Of a stretch of DNA of 64,000 bases, positions 18,914 to 28,986 are shown piece after piece (the stretch's first letter is position 1; the number at the start of each line of letters is the position of its first letter). The notes beneath the pieces are model-generated. The model was given only the letters and a program-made list of their open reading frames with translations, ran no database searches and was not told where the DNA came from. The position numbers and the translations under genes are program-made. The stretch spans positions 32,001-96,000 of the IMG/VR virus record IMGVR_UViG_3300021399_000115. One strand, 5' to 3'. Source of the stretch: a virus (lineage: Duplodnaviria > Caudoviricetes).

Positions 18914-19885
18914 TTATTTGCTAATCAAATCGTTAATATCTACCAGCATTTCGCCGGAACTGCCGGACACTGTCGGAACATCACCATTCCACTTATCAAT
19001 TTTAGATTTCTCAATAAGTTCGTCAGTAAGACTTTCGGCAATTAATTTGTTAGCTTCAGCTTCTGCCTCAGCTTTGATTTTCTTTGCTTCCGCCTCACCT
19101 TCGGCTTTAATTTTTGCTTGTTCCGCATTAATAACAGCCGTCTCTTTTTCCTGTTCCGCCAGAATAATTGCTGTTTCCTTATCTTGCTGTGCCTTAGTAA
19201 GAGCAACTTCTTTTTCTTGGTCGGCTTTTACCTGTGCAGTTTTCTTCTCAGTCTGAGCAAGTTCTAGCTCCTGGATTGCATTCACTCTACGCTGAACTTG
19301 AGCTCTCGTCTCTTCATCGGCATCAATATTTATCAAACTGGTATTTTCGACAATAATCCCATAAGGAGCAAATTTGTCTCTGATATAATTTGACACATCA
19401 ATATTAAGGTTGGCCCTTTCCTCTCCGAGAATTTCTGTAACCGGATATTTTGCGGTAACCTCTTTGACCCATGAGATAATATTCGGCTTAATAAACGAAT
19501 CGCGAACTTCTTTACCGGACTGCCCTTTAAATTTGGTGAACAGCGTTGTTACCTTTTCCGGATCATATCTATAAGTAAATGTAAAATCTACTCTAAGACC
19601 TTTACCGTCACTAGTGGGCGCCTCGAAGCTATCATCGTCCGTAGAATCTCCATCTTTTCCGGATGTTAAATAACTCTGTTCAATTCCGATAGAATATAAT
19701 GTAACTTGTTTAGTAGGACCAACAACATGCCATCCTTGCGTAAGCACCTCATCGGAAACACCACCGCTCATGTTATAAACTATTCCTACATATCCAGCAG
19801 GGACTTTCTCCATCATCATAAAAAATACAATTACCGCAAAAAGTAACAAAACTCCGGTTACTATTGCTCCTACTTTAGCTTTCAT
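18914..19885 (-). CDS. SPFH/prohibitin (Band 7) membrane protein
   Basis: TM segment, VPAGYVG, AEAEA coiled repeats, KWNGDVP. Confidence 0.9.
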   Translation of the reverse strand: MKAKVGAIVTGVLLLFAVIVFFMMMEKVPAGYVGIVYNMSGGVSDEVLTQGWHVVGPTKQVTLYSIGIEQSYLTSGKDGDSTDDDSFEAPTSDGKGLRVDFTFTYRYDPEKVTTLFTKFKGQSGKEVRDSFIKPNIISWVKEVTAKYPVTEILGEERANLNIDVSNYIRDKFAPYGIIVENTSLINIDADEETRAQVQRRVNAIQELELAQTEKKTAQVKADQEKEVALTKAQQDKETAIILAEQEKETAVINAEQAKIKAEGEAEAKKIKAEAEAEANKLIAESLTDELIEKSKIDKWNGDVPTVSGSSGEMLVDINDLISK

Positions 19886-20042
19886 CGTCATCCTCCTCAT
19901 TATCCTTTGTTATATATTTAAAGCACTCTATCCATGTCACGATTGCCTTCCCAATTATTGGAAATAACATTGCACTTGCAACCCATATTAAAAATGCTCC
20001 TATCAACACGCACAATATAAAAACAGGGTTAATAATTATCAC
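19875..20042 (-). CDS. small membrane protein upstream of SPFH gene
   Basis: Manual: (V)IIINPVFILCVLIGAFLIW...; start GTG or ATT. Confidence 0.55.
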   Translation of the reverse strand: MIIINPVFILCVLIGAFLIWVASAMLFPIIGKAIVTWIECFKYITKDNEEDDDES

Positions 20043-20047
20043 CTACT

Positions 20048-21052
20048 TTATAATTTTATTTTGTTGTTATATAAATATGTCCAAGTATCTTTCCCCTGAT
20101 CACATGGCGAATCCTTATCTTGTAGCAATCTCCATCTATCATAAACAACATAAACGTTAGTAAATCTTTTTAATAATTCTGTACATTCACGTATTTTTTT
20201 CATCTGAACGTCTTTATCGAACGCAATAACCACATCTCGAACCTTCATTCGAATTAATAACTCAATCTGGTATTCATTCAGCTTGGACGTTTCGGCAGAT
20301 ACTGTATTATGAAATCCCCACTGGTCGAGTTTCATGACCGATTTGATACCCTCAACAATAATTATTTCTTGTGTTTCTTTTATATATTCATCTGCTTGCA
20401 TTGCACATGTAAAATAATCAAGAATTCCAATTTTGTGATAATTCATATACTTCATAATTCCTAACGTTTTGAAATCCTTATACATAGTACGACCCTTTAC
20501 AGCTATAAAATTAAAATTTGCGTCTCTTACTGGATAAACAATTCTATTACTACATGGGTCGATTCGTATTTCGTATTTCTTCATTTCCTCCGCCGAAATA
20601 CCTTCGTCTAACCATTCTTGTGGAACTTCGTCTAAATATTTTTGGTTATAATCTGCCTCAATATCTAATATTTTTCTGTTATTAACCAAATGATTATTGC
20701 CTAGATGATTTAATCTATTGAGAAGCTTATAAAATGACATCGTTTCTGACTCAATATAATATTGAATATCAGACCCCGTCATATTTATAACTTTTTTAAC
20801 TGCTTGGTCAAATGTCAATCCTTCTGTCATCATTATCCATGTAAAGATATTTCCAGACCTTCCACAACCAAAGCAATGAAAAAAGTTCTCGTTAGTATTC
20901 AATGCAAAACTTGCCGTGTCCTCATTATGAAATGGACAAATTGCAAAATATGTATTTCCAGAATGTTTAACAAAATCTAACGTGTTTGATACATAATCAA
21001 AAAGATCCACTTTCTCAGCTAGTTCTTCAAGTGCTTCTTGGGAATATTTCAC
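20048..21052 (-). CDS. dnaG: DNA primase (CHC2 zinc finger + TOPRIM)
   Basis: CPFHNEDTASF, CFGCG, IVEG, AFDKD. Confidence 0.9.
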   Translation of the reverse strand: MKYSQEALEELAEKVDLFDYVSNTLDFVKHSGNTYFAICPFHNEDTASFALNTNENFFHCFGCGRSGNIFTWIMMTEGLTFDQAVKKVINMTGSDIQYYIESETMSFYKLLNRLNHLGNNHLVNNRKILDIEADYNQKYLDEVPQEWLDEGISAEEMKKYEIRIDPCSNRIVYPVRDANFNFIAVKGRTMYKDFKTLGIMKYMNYHKIGILDYFTCAMQADEYIKETQEIIIVEGIKSVMKLDQWGFHNTVSAETSKLNEYQIELLIRMKVRDVVIAFDKDVQMKKIRECTELLKRFTNVYVVYDRWRLLQDKDSPCDQGKDTWTYLYNNKIKL

Positions 21053-21064
21053 ATGTAATCTACC

Positions 21065-22141
21065 TCACTTATCAATAACTATTGCTTGCGAATTATCATA
21101 TGATCTATCTTTAAAATACACTTCTTCGGCAGCTTTCCTTGCTTTTACAGCATCTTCAAATTTATTAAAATCACCAAGATGATAAACAACATAATCTTTT
21201 GTTATTACTGCTCTCCAGCGATTAGTATCTTGCCTATAATATACACCAGGAACACCAGAAGTATTATTTGACGCAATTTTTCTATTCATGCTGTTTTGAG
21301 ACTGAGTTGCTAATCTTAAATTTGACTTTCGATTATCATTTTTTCTTTCCGTATGTATGTGATCCACTTGTAAATTATTGTCTTTTAAATAATCTGACAT
21401 AATGACTCTATGCATAAAAACTGTGCGCTGTTTATCACTTAAATGCTCTTTTGAAACAACGTATCCTTTCTTATCACTTTCTACAAACCAATATCTATCT
21501 TTTATTTTGTCATAATCTTCTAAATCAAAATAAAATTCTCTTCCGCTTGTATCAAATCCGATTCCATAATCGCCATCTAAACGATACTCATTTTTAACTG
21601 GGTTTCTAAAATTTTCCCCCAGTAAACATCCGCAAGATTTAACACCGCCACTTCTTAGGTTTCCAGTAGAGACTGTTTTTATATTTCCACATTGACAAGA
21701 ACATATCCATCTACGATTATGTTTGTCTTTAACTTTGCTGTAGTCAAAATTAGTGTCCAATCCTATAACTGTCAATCTACCAAATTTATGACCGGTTAAA
21801 TCCTTTTTATATAAACAACCGCATGATTTTGTATTACCAGATTTTAAATTATCACCAGAAACAATAACATGATTTAAGTTCTCACAAGAGCACTCACATT
21901 CATATTTTGTTTTTTTACTTTGTTTATCTGATATTTTTTTGACCACAGTTAATAATCCAAATTTTCGCCCGACCATATAATCAAAATCTGGATATTTTTT
22001 ATTTAAACCAAGTGCCACGGCCATTCTAGCTAATGATCGATCATCCTTGTCTTCTAATTCTTTAATAGTCCAAATTGGTGTTTTATTAGTATATGCCGTT
22101 ATCAATATATTCTTTTCTTTTTCAGACCATCCCGTATACAT
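21065..22141 (-). CDS. HNH homing endonuclease with AP2 domain and G.KFG.LTV/SCGC repeats
   Basis: two GxKFGxLTV..C.C..SCGC repeats; VDHI..NDNRKSNLR; NTSGVPGV..W.A.I. Confidence 0.9.
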   Translation of the reverse strand: MYTGWSEKEKNILITAYTNKTPIWTIKELEDKDDRSLARMAVALGLNKKYPDFDYMVGRKFGLLTVVKKISDKQSKKTKYECECSCENLNHVIVSGDNLKSGNTKSCGCLYKKDLTGHKFGRLTVIGLDTNFDYSKVKDKHNRRWICSCQCGNIKTVSTGNLRSGGVKSCGCLLGENFRNPVKNEYRLDGDYGIGFDTSGREFYFDLEDYDKIKDRYWFVESDKKGYVVSKEHLSDKQRTVFMHRVIMSDYLKDNNLQVDHIHTERKNDNRKSNLRLATQSQNSMNRKIASNNTSGVPGVYYRQDTNRWRAVITKDYVVYHLGDFNKFEDAVKARKAAEEVYFKDRSYDNSQAIVIDK

Positions 22142-22145
22142 CACC

Positions 22146-23510
22146 TCAATCTTCAAACGGGGTTGCTCCCGGTATTTTATGTTTTTTGGCTTCTTTTATG
22201 TTCATCAGATCACCGACAAACTGCACGTCAACGTAATCGTCATCGCCGCCATGAATACTTCCGTTACGATTTTTAGCAACTTGAATACAATAATTGCCAC
22301 AATCAATCCCATCTTGTTTAAGCTGTTCAACAGTTTTGTCTTTCCAATACATTAAGACATCCGCATATCTTTCTGGTTTTTGCGAATCCGAGACATTTCC
22401 AGTCATCTTGTTTAATTGAAGACCGGCTAGTATCGGTATTTCCAATGTTCCGGCAATTGATTTAAGAAAGTCAGCCATCAAGCCCAGGCTTTGAGATATT
22501 TCAGCCGCTCCTCTCATTTCGGATGGTTTTATATAATCGTATATTGCGAATCCTAACTGACTTTTGTTGTGCCACTTGCGGAATGTCTGCTCAACCACCG
22601 TTCTACTAAAAATTGGCTGATATTCATGGACAAATCCGGGAGATTTTTTAATAAATTCCATCGCTTTTTGAATGCGGTCAAATTCCTCATTGGTGTATTT
22701 ACCAGACTTGATTTTTTTGACCGTAACTCCACTTAAACATGCAATCGCTCTTGGCAAAAACACTTTATCGGTTAGCTCGGTGTCAATAATTACAATTGGT
22801 ATTCCATTTTTTAGCGCATATAATCCTTGGTTCATAAAATAACTAGACTTACCTCGACCGGTTGCCCCGGCAACGAGTACAAGTTCGCCCTTGCCAAATG
22901 TAAAATAATCGTCTAACGTCGGAATTAAATTTGGTATGCCGATGCTACCGTCCTCATTCCTGTCCTCACAAATTTCTTCCCATATAGCATCAATTTTTTC
23001 ACCAAGTTGGACGCTGTCTCCGCCAAAGATAAACTTTTCAGCAATTTTATCTATTCCATTATTAACATAGTCATTCAGCGTATCTAACGTAATCTCCTTG
23101 TTAAAACATTCTTTTCCAATATCAACCGAAAACCCACATAGATCACGTCGAAATGCTAAACTGACAACGGTGTTAGCTAATAATTTATACTCCTCATATG
23201 TTCCTCTGGCTGCAATTTTAGATAATTCGATATATTCCTGAAGGTTTGTTAGTCCGTATTTGTCTGCAATTTTTTGGCAACCAGGGCTACTATAAATAAC
23301 ATTGTGCAGATTTAAACTATCAATTTTAGTAACTCCGCTTTTTACTAGTTCTTCAATTCCCCAAAACAGGAGTTGATTTTCTTGATTGTAAAAAAAACGA
23401 GGGCGTAAGTTGTTGTCACTAAGAAGATATTCGGGATGATGGATTAATGAGGCAATTACGCCACCCTCTGCCGAATTATCCACTAACTCCGATATACTTC
23501 TTGCCAACAA
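22146..23510 (-). CDS. dnaB: replicative DNA helicase (DnaB-like)
   Basis: AEGGVIASL, GATGRGKS Walker A, YDYIK, QLN, KNRNG. Confidence 0.9.
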   Translation of the reverse strand: MLARSISELVDNSAEGGVIASLIHHPEYLLSDNNLRPRFFYNQENQLLFWGIEELVKSGVTKIDSLNLHNVIYSSPGCQKIADKYGLTNLQEYIELSKIAARGTYEEYKLLANTVVSLAFRRDLCGFSVDIGKECFNKEITLDTLNDYVNNGIDKIAEKFIFGGDSVQLGEKIDAIWEEICEDRNEDGSIGIPNLIPTLDDYFTFGKGELVLVAGATGRGKSSYFMNQGLYALKNGIPIVIIDTELTDKVFLPRAIACLSGVTVKKIKSGKYTNEEFDRIQKAMEFIKKSPGFVHEYQPIFSRTVVEQTFRKWHNKSQLGFAIYDYIKPSEMRGAAEISQSLGLMADFLKSIAGTLEIPILAGLQLNKMTGNVSDSQKPERYADVLMYWKDKTVEQLKQDGIDCGNYCIQVAKNRNGSIHGGDDDYVDVQFVGDLMNIKEAKKHKIPGATPFED

Positions 23511-24059
23511 TTACACCCCCAATACACTTGAAAATCTTGACTTTTTGTTATTCGTTGTTTTTGATTGCGGAATTTTTTCCATATCCAAATCGGGTAAATC
23601 TAACTCAAACTCATTTGCCAAAAACACCTCTTCCTGTTGTTTCAACTGGTTGCGAATCTTCCACTCTTGTTCCTTATCCCAGGCGTCCTTAACATCCTTA
23701 TCCTGGATAATGTAATGTAATCCGGGCGGATGGTTAAGTTTGCCGGGTTTATAGTTAATAAAATACTGTAGTGCAAACTTTAAGTAGTCTACATCCACAT
23801 GTTTGTCTAAAACCAAGTAATTTATAGTAGATACGAGCCCGCCGATTTGTTTTCCGGTCAATGTCGGGTCTATATATTTATAGAATAAATCCCTAATTTC
23901 ATTGACCGTCTGCATGACGTGATAACAGTCCGGGTGGTAGTAATGTTTCTGCTTCCCACCCTGAACTGCCTCATCTTTAAGTAGCTGGGTACTCTCATGG
24001 AGTTTACGGCATTTGGGGTATCTACAATTCACCATTTTAGGCGGTCGTTTTTTAGCCAT
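23511..24059 (-). CDS. Zn-binding hypothetical protein next to helicase (possible loader/initiator)
   Basis: CRYPKC...YYHPDC; position between ssb and dnaB. Confidence 0.6.
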   Translation of the reverse strand: MAKKRPPKMVNCRYPKCRKLHESTQLLKDEAVQGGKQKHYYHPDCYHVMQTVNEIRDLFYKYIDPTLTGKQIGGLVSTINYLVLDKHVDVDYLKFALQYFINYKPGKLNHPPGLHYIIQDKDVKDAWDKEQEWKIRNQLKQQEEVFLANEFELDLPDLDMEKIPQSKTTNNKKSRFSSVLGV

Positions 24060-24079
24060 AGCCAACCTCCGTAGTTTTC

Positions 24080-24499
24080 TCAGAACGGAAGTTCTTCTTC
24101 GACAGTATCCGGAATGTTCATAAAACCGTTCATGTCCGGAGTTGTCGGCTGCGACGGAGCCGTAGCTGTTGCACCTTTGCTTGCAACAAATTCGGCATCA
24201 TCAACATATACATCCGTGGTATAGACTTTGATTCCATCTTTGTTTGTGTAGCTACCGGTTCTAATGTTTCCGCTGATCCCGATAGGATCGCCCTTGTGGA
24301 ACCACTTGGAGATAAACTCTGCTGTCTTTCCGAAGGCTACGCAACCAATAAAATCTGCGTCATACTGCCCAGTTTCTTTATTTTTAAATTTTCTATTAAC
24401 GGCAACCGTGAAACGACAATTTGCATTTGCGTTTTCTCCAGTAGAGTATCTCACTTCTACGTCCTTCGTAATTCTACCAACAAGATCAACTTTATTCAT
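24080..24499 (-). CDS. ssb: single-stranded DNA-binding protein
   Basis: MNKVDLVGR..KD, FTVAVNR, acidic EELPF tail. Confidence 0.95.
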   Translation of the reverse strand: MNKVDLVGRITKDVEVRYSTGENANANCRFTVAVNRKFKNKETGQYDADFIGCVAFGKTAEFISKWFHKGDPIGISGNIRTGSYTNKDGIKVYTTDVYVDDAEFVASKGATATAPSQPTTPDMNGFMNIPDTVEEELPF

Positions 24500-24577
24500 A
24501 ATATCTATTCTCCTTTAATAATTAATTTGTTGGGCGGATTTGCTCCGCCCGTATGTGAGTGATGGATTTGTTAATGG

Positions 24578-25516
24578 TTACTGCGCAAGAGCCTGGAGTT
24601 TAGTCAGAAGCTCCTTTGCTTTATTAATATCTCTGATGGCATTAGGGTTGCCACTCGGAGCATATTCCTTAATCGTGGTCATAACGGCTTCATTACCAGA
24701 CCCGCCGGCTGCTTTGGCAGCGTTGATGATTTCGGTTTTAACGGCTTTGAGATCGTCGGCAGAAGCCATTGCTACATCAGCGGATTTCTGGATAACGGGT
24801 TTCGGAGCTGGAATGGTACCAACTTCGCACCAGTCATAAAGTGCCTCCCCATCCTTTGCGGTAATCACAGAATATCTGGTTTCTGGCCATAAATTCGTAT
24901 TGTCCTTGTCAGAATGGGCTAAATGAGTATCCTGTTCAATCTGTAGTGACAGCATGACCTCATAAGAAATGTCCTTATCCGTCTGACTTCCCATTCCTAC
25001 CTTTCTCGGAACGGATTTACCGTTTCTTTCTTCCAGGAGCCACTCGTCCTTACCTCTTGCACAGCAAATAATATGCATCGGAGCGCTAAGAATTTTATCA
25101 AGAAGTGCGCGGTGCTTGGGCTTGAGCCGGCCCCAATTAGTAAACGAATTCCCAGGCATCTTATCATGGGTATCATTTAGCCATTTCCATTCTGCACTAA
25201 GACCGTCAATAATACACACCTGATAACCCTCGTCAACCGCCTCGTCAATAGCTGCTATATATTTATCAGTTGTAAAAGGATCACTCAACTGAAGCAAATC
25301 ATATTCAAATGTATAATCTCCATGTTTTGATTTTGTCTGAGCATATAATTTATCTCGGTCACCTTCTGTCCCAATGTATGCAATACCTGGGCCACCACAC
25401 TTTCTATAAATTCCCGTTGCTAGTTCACAAGCACTCAGACTTTTTCCGGCTCCACTCGGACCGGAAAGAAGCACCTTAGCCTTAACTTTTTCACGTACAG
25501 CTTTTACAAATGCCAT
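24578..25516 (-). CDS. AAA_24 / Sak4-like ATPase (putative recombinase)
   Basis: GPSGAGKS, IIDGLS.EW, next to ssb. Confidence 0.8.
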   Translation of the reverse strand: MAFVKAVREKVKAKVLLSGPSGAGKSLSACELATGIYRKCGGPGIAYIGTEGDRDKLYAQTKSKHGDYTFEYDLLQLSDPFTTDKYIAAIDEAVDEGYQVCIIDGLSAEWKWLNDTHDKMPGNSFTNWGRLKPKHRALLDKILSAPMHIICCARGKDEWLLEERNGKSVPRKVGMGSQTDKDISYEVMLSLQIEQDTHLAHSDKDNTNLWPETRYSVITAKDGEALYDWCEVGTIPAPKPVIQKSADVAMASADDLKAVKTEIINAAKAAGGSGNEAVMTTIKEYAPSGNPNAIRDINKAKELLTKLQALAQ

Positions 25517-25534
25517 TTAATCATTCTCCTTTAC

Positions 25535-25705
25535 TCATTCATCATATTTAATCAACAGATACATCAAATCTTCCAAAGCGGAAGCTTTTCCTCGATAGAA
25601 ATCTCGTTCTTTATCGGAGATGCTCTCATCGTATTTAATAATTTTTTCATATAGTGCTTTTCTCCTACCTAACTCAAGTTTTATCTCGTTTGTCTTGTCG
25701 CTCAT
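25535..25705 (-). CDS. small hypothetical protein
   Basis: in operon; start reassigned to MSDK. Confidence 0.5.
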   Translation of the reverse strand: MSDKTNEIKLELGRRKALYEKIIKYDESISDKERDFYRGKASALEDLMYLLIKYDE

Positions 25706-25865
25706 ATTTACCTTCATATTTGTTCTTGCACCAGGGCTTATCGTCATCCTCAACAAAATATCCCAACAGATCGCAAAGTCCACACTCATTATTCACACAG
25801 TTACCGCAAGTAATTTCCATAGTCTTTACCCCATTATCCGACATAAACTCCACTCCAGACTGCAA
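25674..25865 (-). CDS. small Cys-rich protein
   Basis: CGNC..CGLC...C. Confidence 0.5.
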   Translation of the reverse strand: MQSGVEFMSDNGVKTMEITCGNCVNNECGLCDLLGYFVEDDDKPWCKNKYEGKYERQDKRDKT

Positions 25866-25891
25866 CCGCTAATATTAATACTCCAATGATC

Positions 25892-26119
25892 TTAATCACC
25901 ATCATAATCATACTCATCAGGTTTAATGTTACCAATTGCCTTATATACGCCTTGCATAACATCGTCAAATGCTTCGTTATATATTTGATTTAACACATCT
26001 TTTTTAACCTTGGATGCTTTCCCATCGTAGTATCCTCGCCTATAACTCGGATACATCATAAAGAACGTAAACACAGACCCCACAATAAGTCCAATAGCTC
26101 CAGCCCCCAGATAAATCAT
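25892..26119 (-). CDS. small membrane protein
   Basis: N-terminal TM, RGYYDG. Confidence 0.55.
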   Translation of the reverse strand: MIYLGAGAIGLIVGSVFTFFMMYPSYRRGYYDGKASKVKKDVLNQIYNEAFDDVMQGVYKAIGNIKPDEYDYDGD

Positions 26120-26319
26120 AATTTCTTGTCCTCGTCGTACTCATCCCACAAAAATAAACATATTCCCAACACATGTGCGGTAGCCAACATCATAACCGCC
26201 GAAACCATCAGTGAATTCATTCCCAAACTACACATAATTGCTGTAACGTCTACTAATAGTGCAACTACCAAGACAACCATTGTTAGCTTACTCAATATCG
26301 ACATTAGGCTCCTCATCAT
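26116..26319 (-). CDS. small membrane protein
   Basis: hydrophobic, overlapping operon gene. Confidence 0.5.
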   Translation of the reverse strand: MMRSLMSILSKLTMVVLVVALLVDVTAIMCSLGMNSLMVSAVMMLATAHVLGICLFLWDEYDEDKKL

Positions 26320-26518
26320 CAGGTACTCCCCATCGTTTACGCTGCTCTGCCCAGCATTTGTCACAATCCTCATTTGATGCACCGAAACAACCACGGCAAT
26401 TTGGATGCCAGTATGCTTCTTCGGCATCATCAGCATTACTTGCTGCAATCAGTAAACAGTACATTCCGATTGTGTTTATTGCACATAAGATTGTTACTAC
26501 TATTAATAACTTAATCAT
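26288..26518 (-). CDS. small membrane protein with Cys motif
   Basis: TM + CRGCFGAS..DC. Confidence 0.55.
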   Translation of the reverse strand: MIKLLIVVTILCAINTIGMYCLLIAASNADDAEEAYWHPNCRGCFGASNEDCDKCWAEQRKRWGVPDDEEPNVDIE

Positions 26519-26676
26519 CAGAACTCTCGTTCAGCCTCCCCATAAGTAATCCCAATTCTCCACTAGTTACGCTCGAGTAGACTAACCCAAATAACAACAA
26601 TCCCATAGTTGTGATAACAATTACTCCCATGGTGGACTCCTCCCGTTTGCATTTAATAATTAATTGCTACTCTAAG

Positions 26677-26705
26677 AGTATAGCACGTTGCTTTCTGTTT
26701 TGCAA
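26677..26705 (-). promoter_or_regulatory. sigma-A type promoter flanked by two TTAATWATTAA boxes
   Basis: TTGCAA-17-TATACT; boxes at 26653 and 26715. Confidence 0.7.
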
Positions 26706-26798
26706 TACCTAAATTTAATAATTAATTATATTCTTTTTCACGGACAAGGATGATAATCCAAATGATGATTAATAATATCGGCAGCATTATATTCCTCC

Positions 26799-27008
26799 TT
26801 ATCCCAATAATATTTTTGCAAACTCTTTCGGTGACGTATTCTTAACAACATAATCCGGTATGGTTACACTTTTTAAACAAAGTGAAATCTCATCTATTGA
26901 TAAAGCACCGATTCTTGTTAAATATCTTAGCAGAACCGTTAATTCTGCCATAAGTTCTGTTGTAGTTCCTTCTATAGCAATACCATCTTTTGCGTTTATT
27001 GATATCAT
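26799..27008 (-). CDS. hypothetical protein
   Basis: AGGAGG RBS. Confidence 0.55.
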   Translation of the reverse strand: MISINAKDGIAIEGTTTELMAELTVLLRYLTRIGALSIDEISLCLKSVTIPDYVVKNTSPKEFAKILLG

Positions 27009-27190
27009 TTTTCTCCTCCTAAATAATCCAGTTCATAATTCATCAGTTCTTCCATAGTTAATGGTCTCTCATACGTAAGGATATCATAATACCGACCACT
27101 CGGGTCATTTTCTCTTCCAATAAAACCATCTTTTGGTTGGCATCCCGGCGAAAATCCGCGCAGTCTCATTCCGTACTTATAAACGCTCAT
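27005..27190 (-). CDS. small protein resembling DarA C-terminal-like domain
   Basis: YGMRLRGFSPGCQP...YERPLT.EEL.NYEL. Confidence 0.55.
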   Translation of the reverse strand: MSVYKYGMRLRGFSPGCQPKDGFIGRENDPSGRYYDILTYERPLTMEELMNYELDYLGGEK

Positions 27191-27468
27191 TGTTCGTCAC
27201 CTACCTCCAATTGCTTCTTTGTCAGCAGAGTTCCGTCCGCATTGTATGCAGGAGTGATAGCTGTTCCATGAGTGACATTGCAAACCACATAAACAACTCC
27301 TGTTATATTGTCGATTAAATGATATTGTTCTGAACTCCAAATGCTACTCTCATATATTGTGAATCCAGAACGGCTTCCCGTATCCGCTTCCATTTCAGAG
27401 CATCCCACGAAGCATAGCGTTAATATCACCGCAATGGTCAGTATTATTCGTTTGATATGTTTGCTCAT
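27187..27468 (-). CDS. putative lipoprotein
   Basis: signal peptide with FVGC lipobox; D..TGVVY, AITP.YNADG. Confidence 0.65.
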   Translation of the reverse strand: MSKHIKRIILTIAVILTLCFVGCSEMEADTGSRSGFTIYESSIWSSEQYHLIDNITGVVYVVCNVTHGTAITPAYNADGTLLTKKQLEVGDEQ

Positions 27469-27659
27469 TGTGTGTCCCCGTCCTCCCGCTCACGCCATAA
27501 CGGACAATTATATCTAATCGGATCGTACCATTTTGGCTTTACTTCACAGTCTTTAATTCCGCAATCATTACAATTTGGCATATTTATGATTCTGCGGTAT
27601 GCCAATATGCAATCTGTAATATGCTTCAAATCTGTAAAGATATCGTCTAGTTCGCTCAT
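27465..27659 (-). CDS. small Cys-rich protein
   Basis: CNDC..C..NCPLW. Confidence 0.55.
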   Translation of the reverse strand: MSELDDIFTDLKHITDCILAYRRIINMPNCNDCGIKDCEVKPKWYDPIRYNCPLWREREDGDTQ

Positions 27660-27847
27660 CTGTCACCATTCCCTTCCTTCAAATTCGGATAATACTCGAT
27701 AACATCTCCGTTATCTAACCAAATAGTTATCCCGGGTTTCCCGTCCGCAAAAATTTCATGACATATCGGTCTGTAATCAGCAACATGAGCAAACGGGAAT
27801 GTATCATTAAATCGGTCGAGGACATCGTTAAATGTAATATCTTTCAT
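27656..27847 (-). CDS. hypothetical protein
   Basis: in operon. Confidence 0.55.
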   Translation of the reverse strand: MKDITFNDVLDRFNDTFPFAHVADYRPICHEIFADGKPGITIWLDNGDVIEYYPNLKEGNGDR

Positions 27848-28117
27848 TTATTCTTCCCCTTCCTTCAACATCTCCGCACCACAGTTCGGGCAGAAATCAT
27901 AATCTCCATTGCAAATGCAAATCTCCCCGCAAGCTGTGCAGTGAAAGTTTCCAAAACCACCGTAGTCCAAGTATTCCCACCGCCCTATCTTGCGTTCGAG
28001 CTGTGCGGAGGGCAAGGCTTTAAGGACATCTTCGCACCGCCCAAAAACGCCTCGCAATTCAAAACACGCATCGCTTACGGCATCAATAGCGGCTTGTCTG
28101 CTGATTAAGTCACTCAT
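27848..28117 (-). CDS. zinc-ribbon protein (DLISRQAAID family)
   Basis: MSDLISRQAAID...CTACG...FCPNCGA.M. Confidence 0.7.
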   Translation of the reverse strand: MSDLISRQAAIDAVSDACFELRGVFGRCEDVLKALPSAQLERKIGRWEYLDYGGFGNFHCTACGEICICNGDYDFCPNCGAEMLKEGEE

Positions 28118-28121
28118 AAAT

Positions 28122-28406
28122 TCACCTCTCCATTTTTGCACCGCAATGATAACAGAAGAAATTTCTGTATTTCTCATTGATATCTATCATCGCTCCACAT
28201 TCCGAACACTTACACATAGTTTTAAGCCAATCGCCATCATATCCGACCCACTTCCCTGTCTTCCGCTCTGGCAGTGCGGATGGAATGTTCTCAACGATTG
28301 ATATTGCCACTCTTAACCCATCCCAATCATCTACCTTATCCGTGCATCTGTATTCAGTATCAAGTGCTTTGATTACTTCTTTTCGACTTATCAATTCGTC
28401 CATCAT
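28122..28406 (-). CDS. zinc-ribbon protein, paralogue of 27848-28117
   Basis: ELISRKEVI...CSECG...CYHCGAKM. Confidence 0.7.
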   Translation of the reverse strand: MMDELISRKEVIKALDTEYRCTDKVDDWDGLRVAISIVENIPSALPERKTGKWVGYDGDWLKTMCKCSECGAMIDINEKYRNFFCYHCGAKMER

Positions 28407-28627
28407 TTTACTTTTCCTCGATTCCAAGCATTTGTCGCTTCTTCCATTGAACCATAATGTTCTGTCCTTGCTCTACAGTCTCGCTTCGTACATTCTGCCG
28501 TATAATCAACGCCATCAACCTTGACATGGTAATCCCTTGCAAAGCCCTCGTTGTAAATATGGAATAGTTTCACAATTCCTTCACTACCACAAACAGGGCA
28601 AGGCCTTAATCCATCTATTGTCAACAT
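28403..28627 (-). CDS. Lar-like (restriction alleviation) zinc-binding protein
   Basis: LRPCPVCG...C...C...EATNAWNR. Confidence 0.7.
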   Translation of the reverse strand: MLTIDGLRPCPVCGSEGIVKLFHIYNEGFARDYHVKVDGVDYTAECTKRDCRARTEHYGSMEEATNAWNRGKVK

Positions 28628-28628
28628 T

Positions 28629-28985
28629 TCATTCTCCTTCCGGCTCATACCTCGTCAGCTTTTCGAGCAAGTCGGTCTTTACATACAGGTCAGTGCCGAC
28701 GATTTCAAACTCACCAAACATCCTTCTTTCTTGCCCGAGTTCCAAGATAAATTTGTCCCCTGGCTTGAAATTGGTCTTTCCGACATCCATGACGGTGACA
28801 TTTTGCTGTTTATACTCTCTCAGTTCCTTCAGCCATTCTGCAAGCTGTCGATGCTCTGCGGCACATTTACCCGACTTGCAAGCTATCTCTTTTTCTACCC
28901 TATCATCAAGGTCACAACCGCGAGCTGATTCTTCCAACAGTTCAGCTTGCTCTTCCGCATGAATAATAGCTTCATCTAACGTCAT
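28629..28985 (-). CDS. hypothetical protein
   Basis: MTLDEAIIHA...CAAEHRQLAEWLKEL. Confidence 0.65.
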   Translation of the reverse strand: MTLDEAIIHAEEQAELLEESARGCDLDDRVEKEIACKSGKCAAEHRQLAEWLKELREYKQQNVTVMDVGKTNFKPGDKFILELGQERRMFGEFEIVGTDLYVKTDLLEKLTRYEPEGE

Positions 28986-28986
28986 A

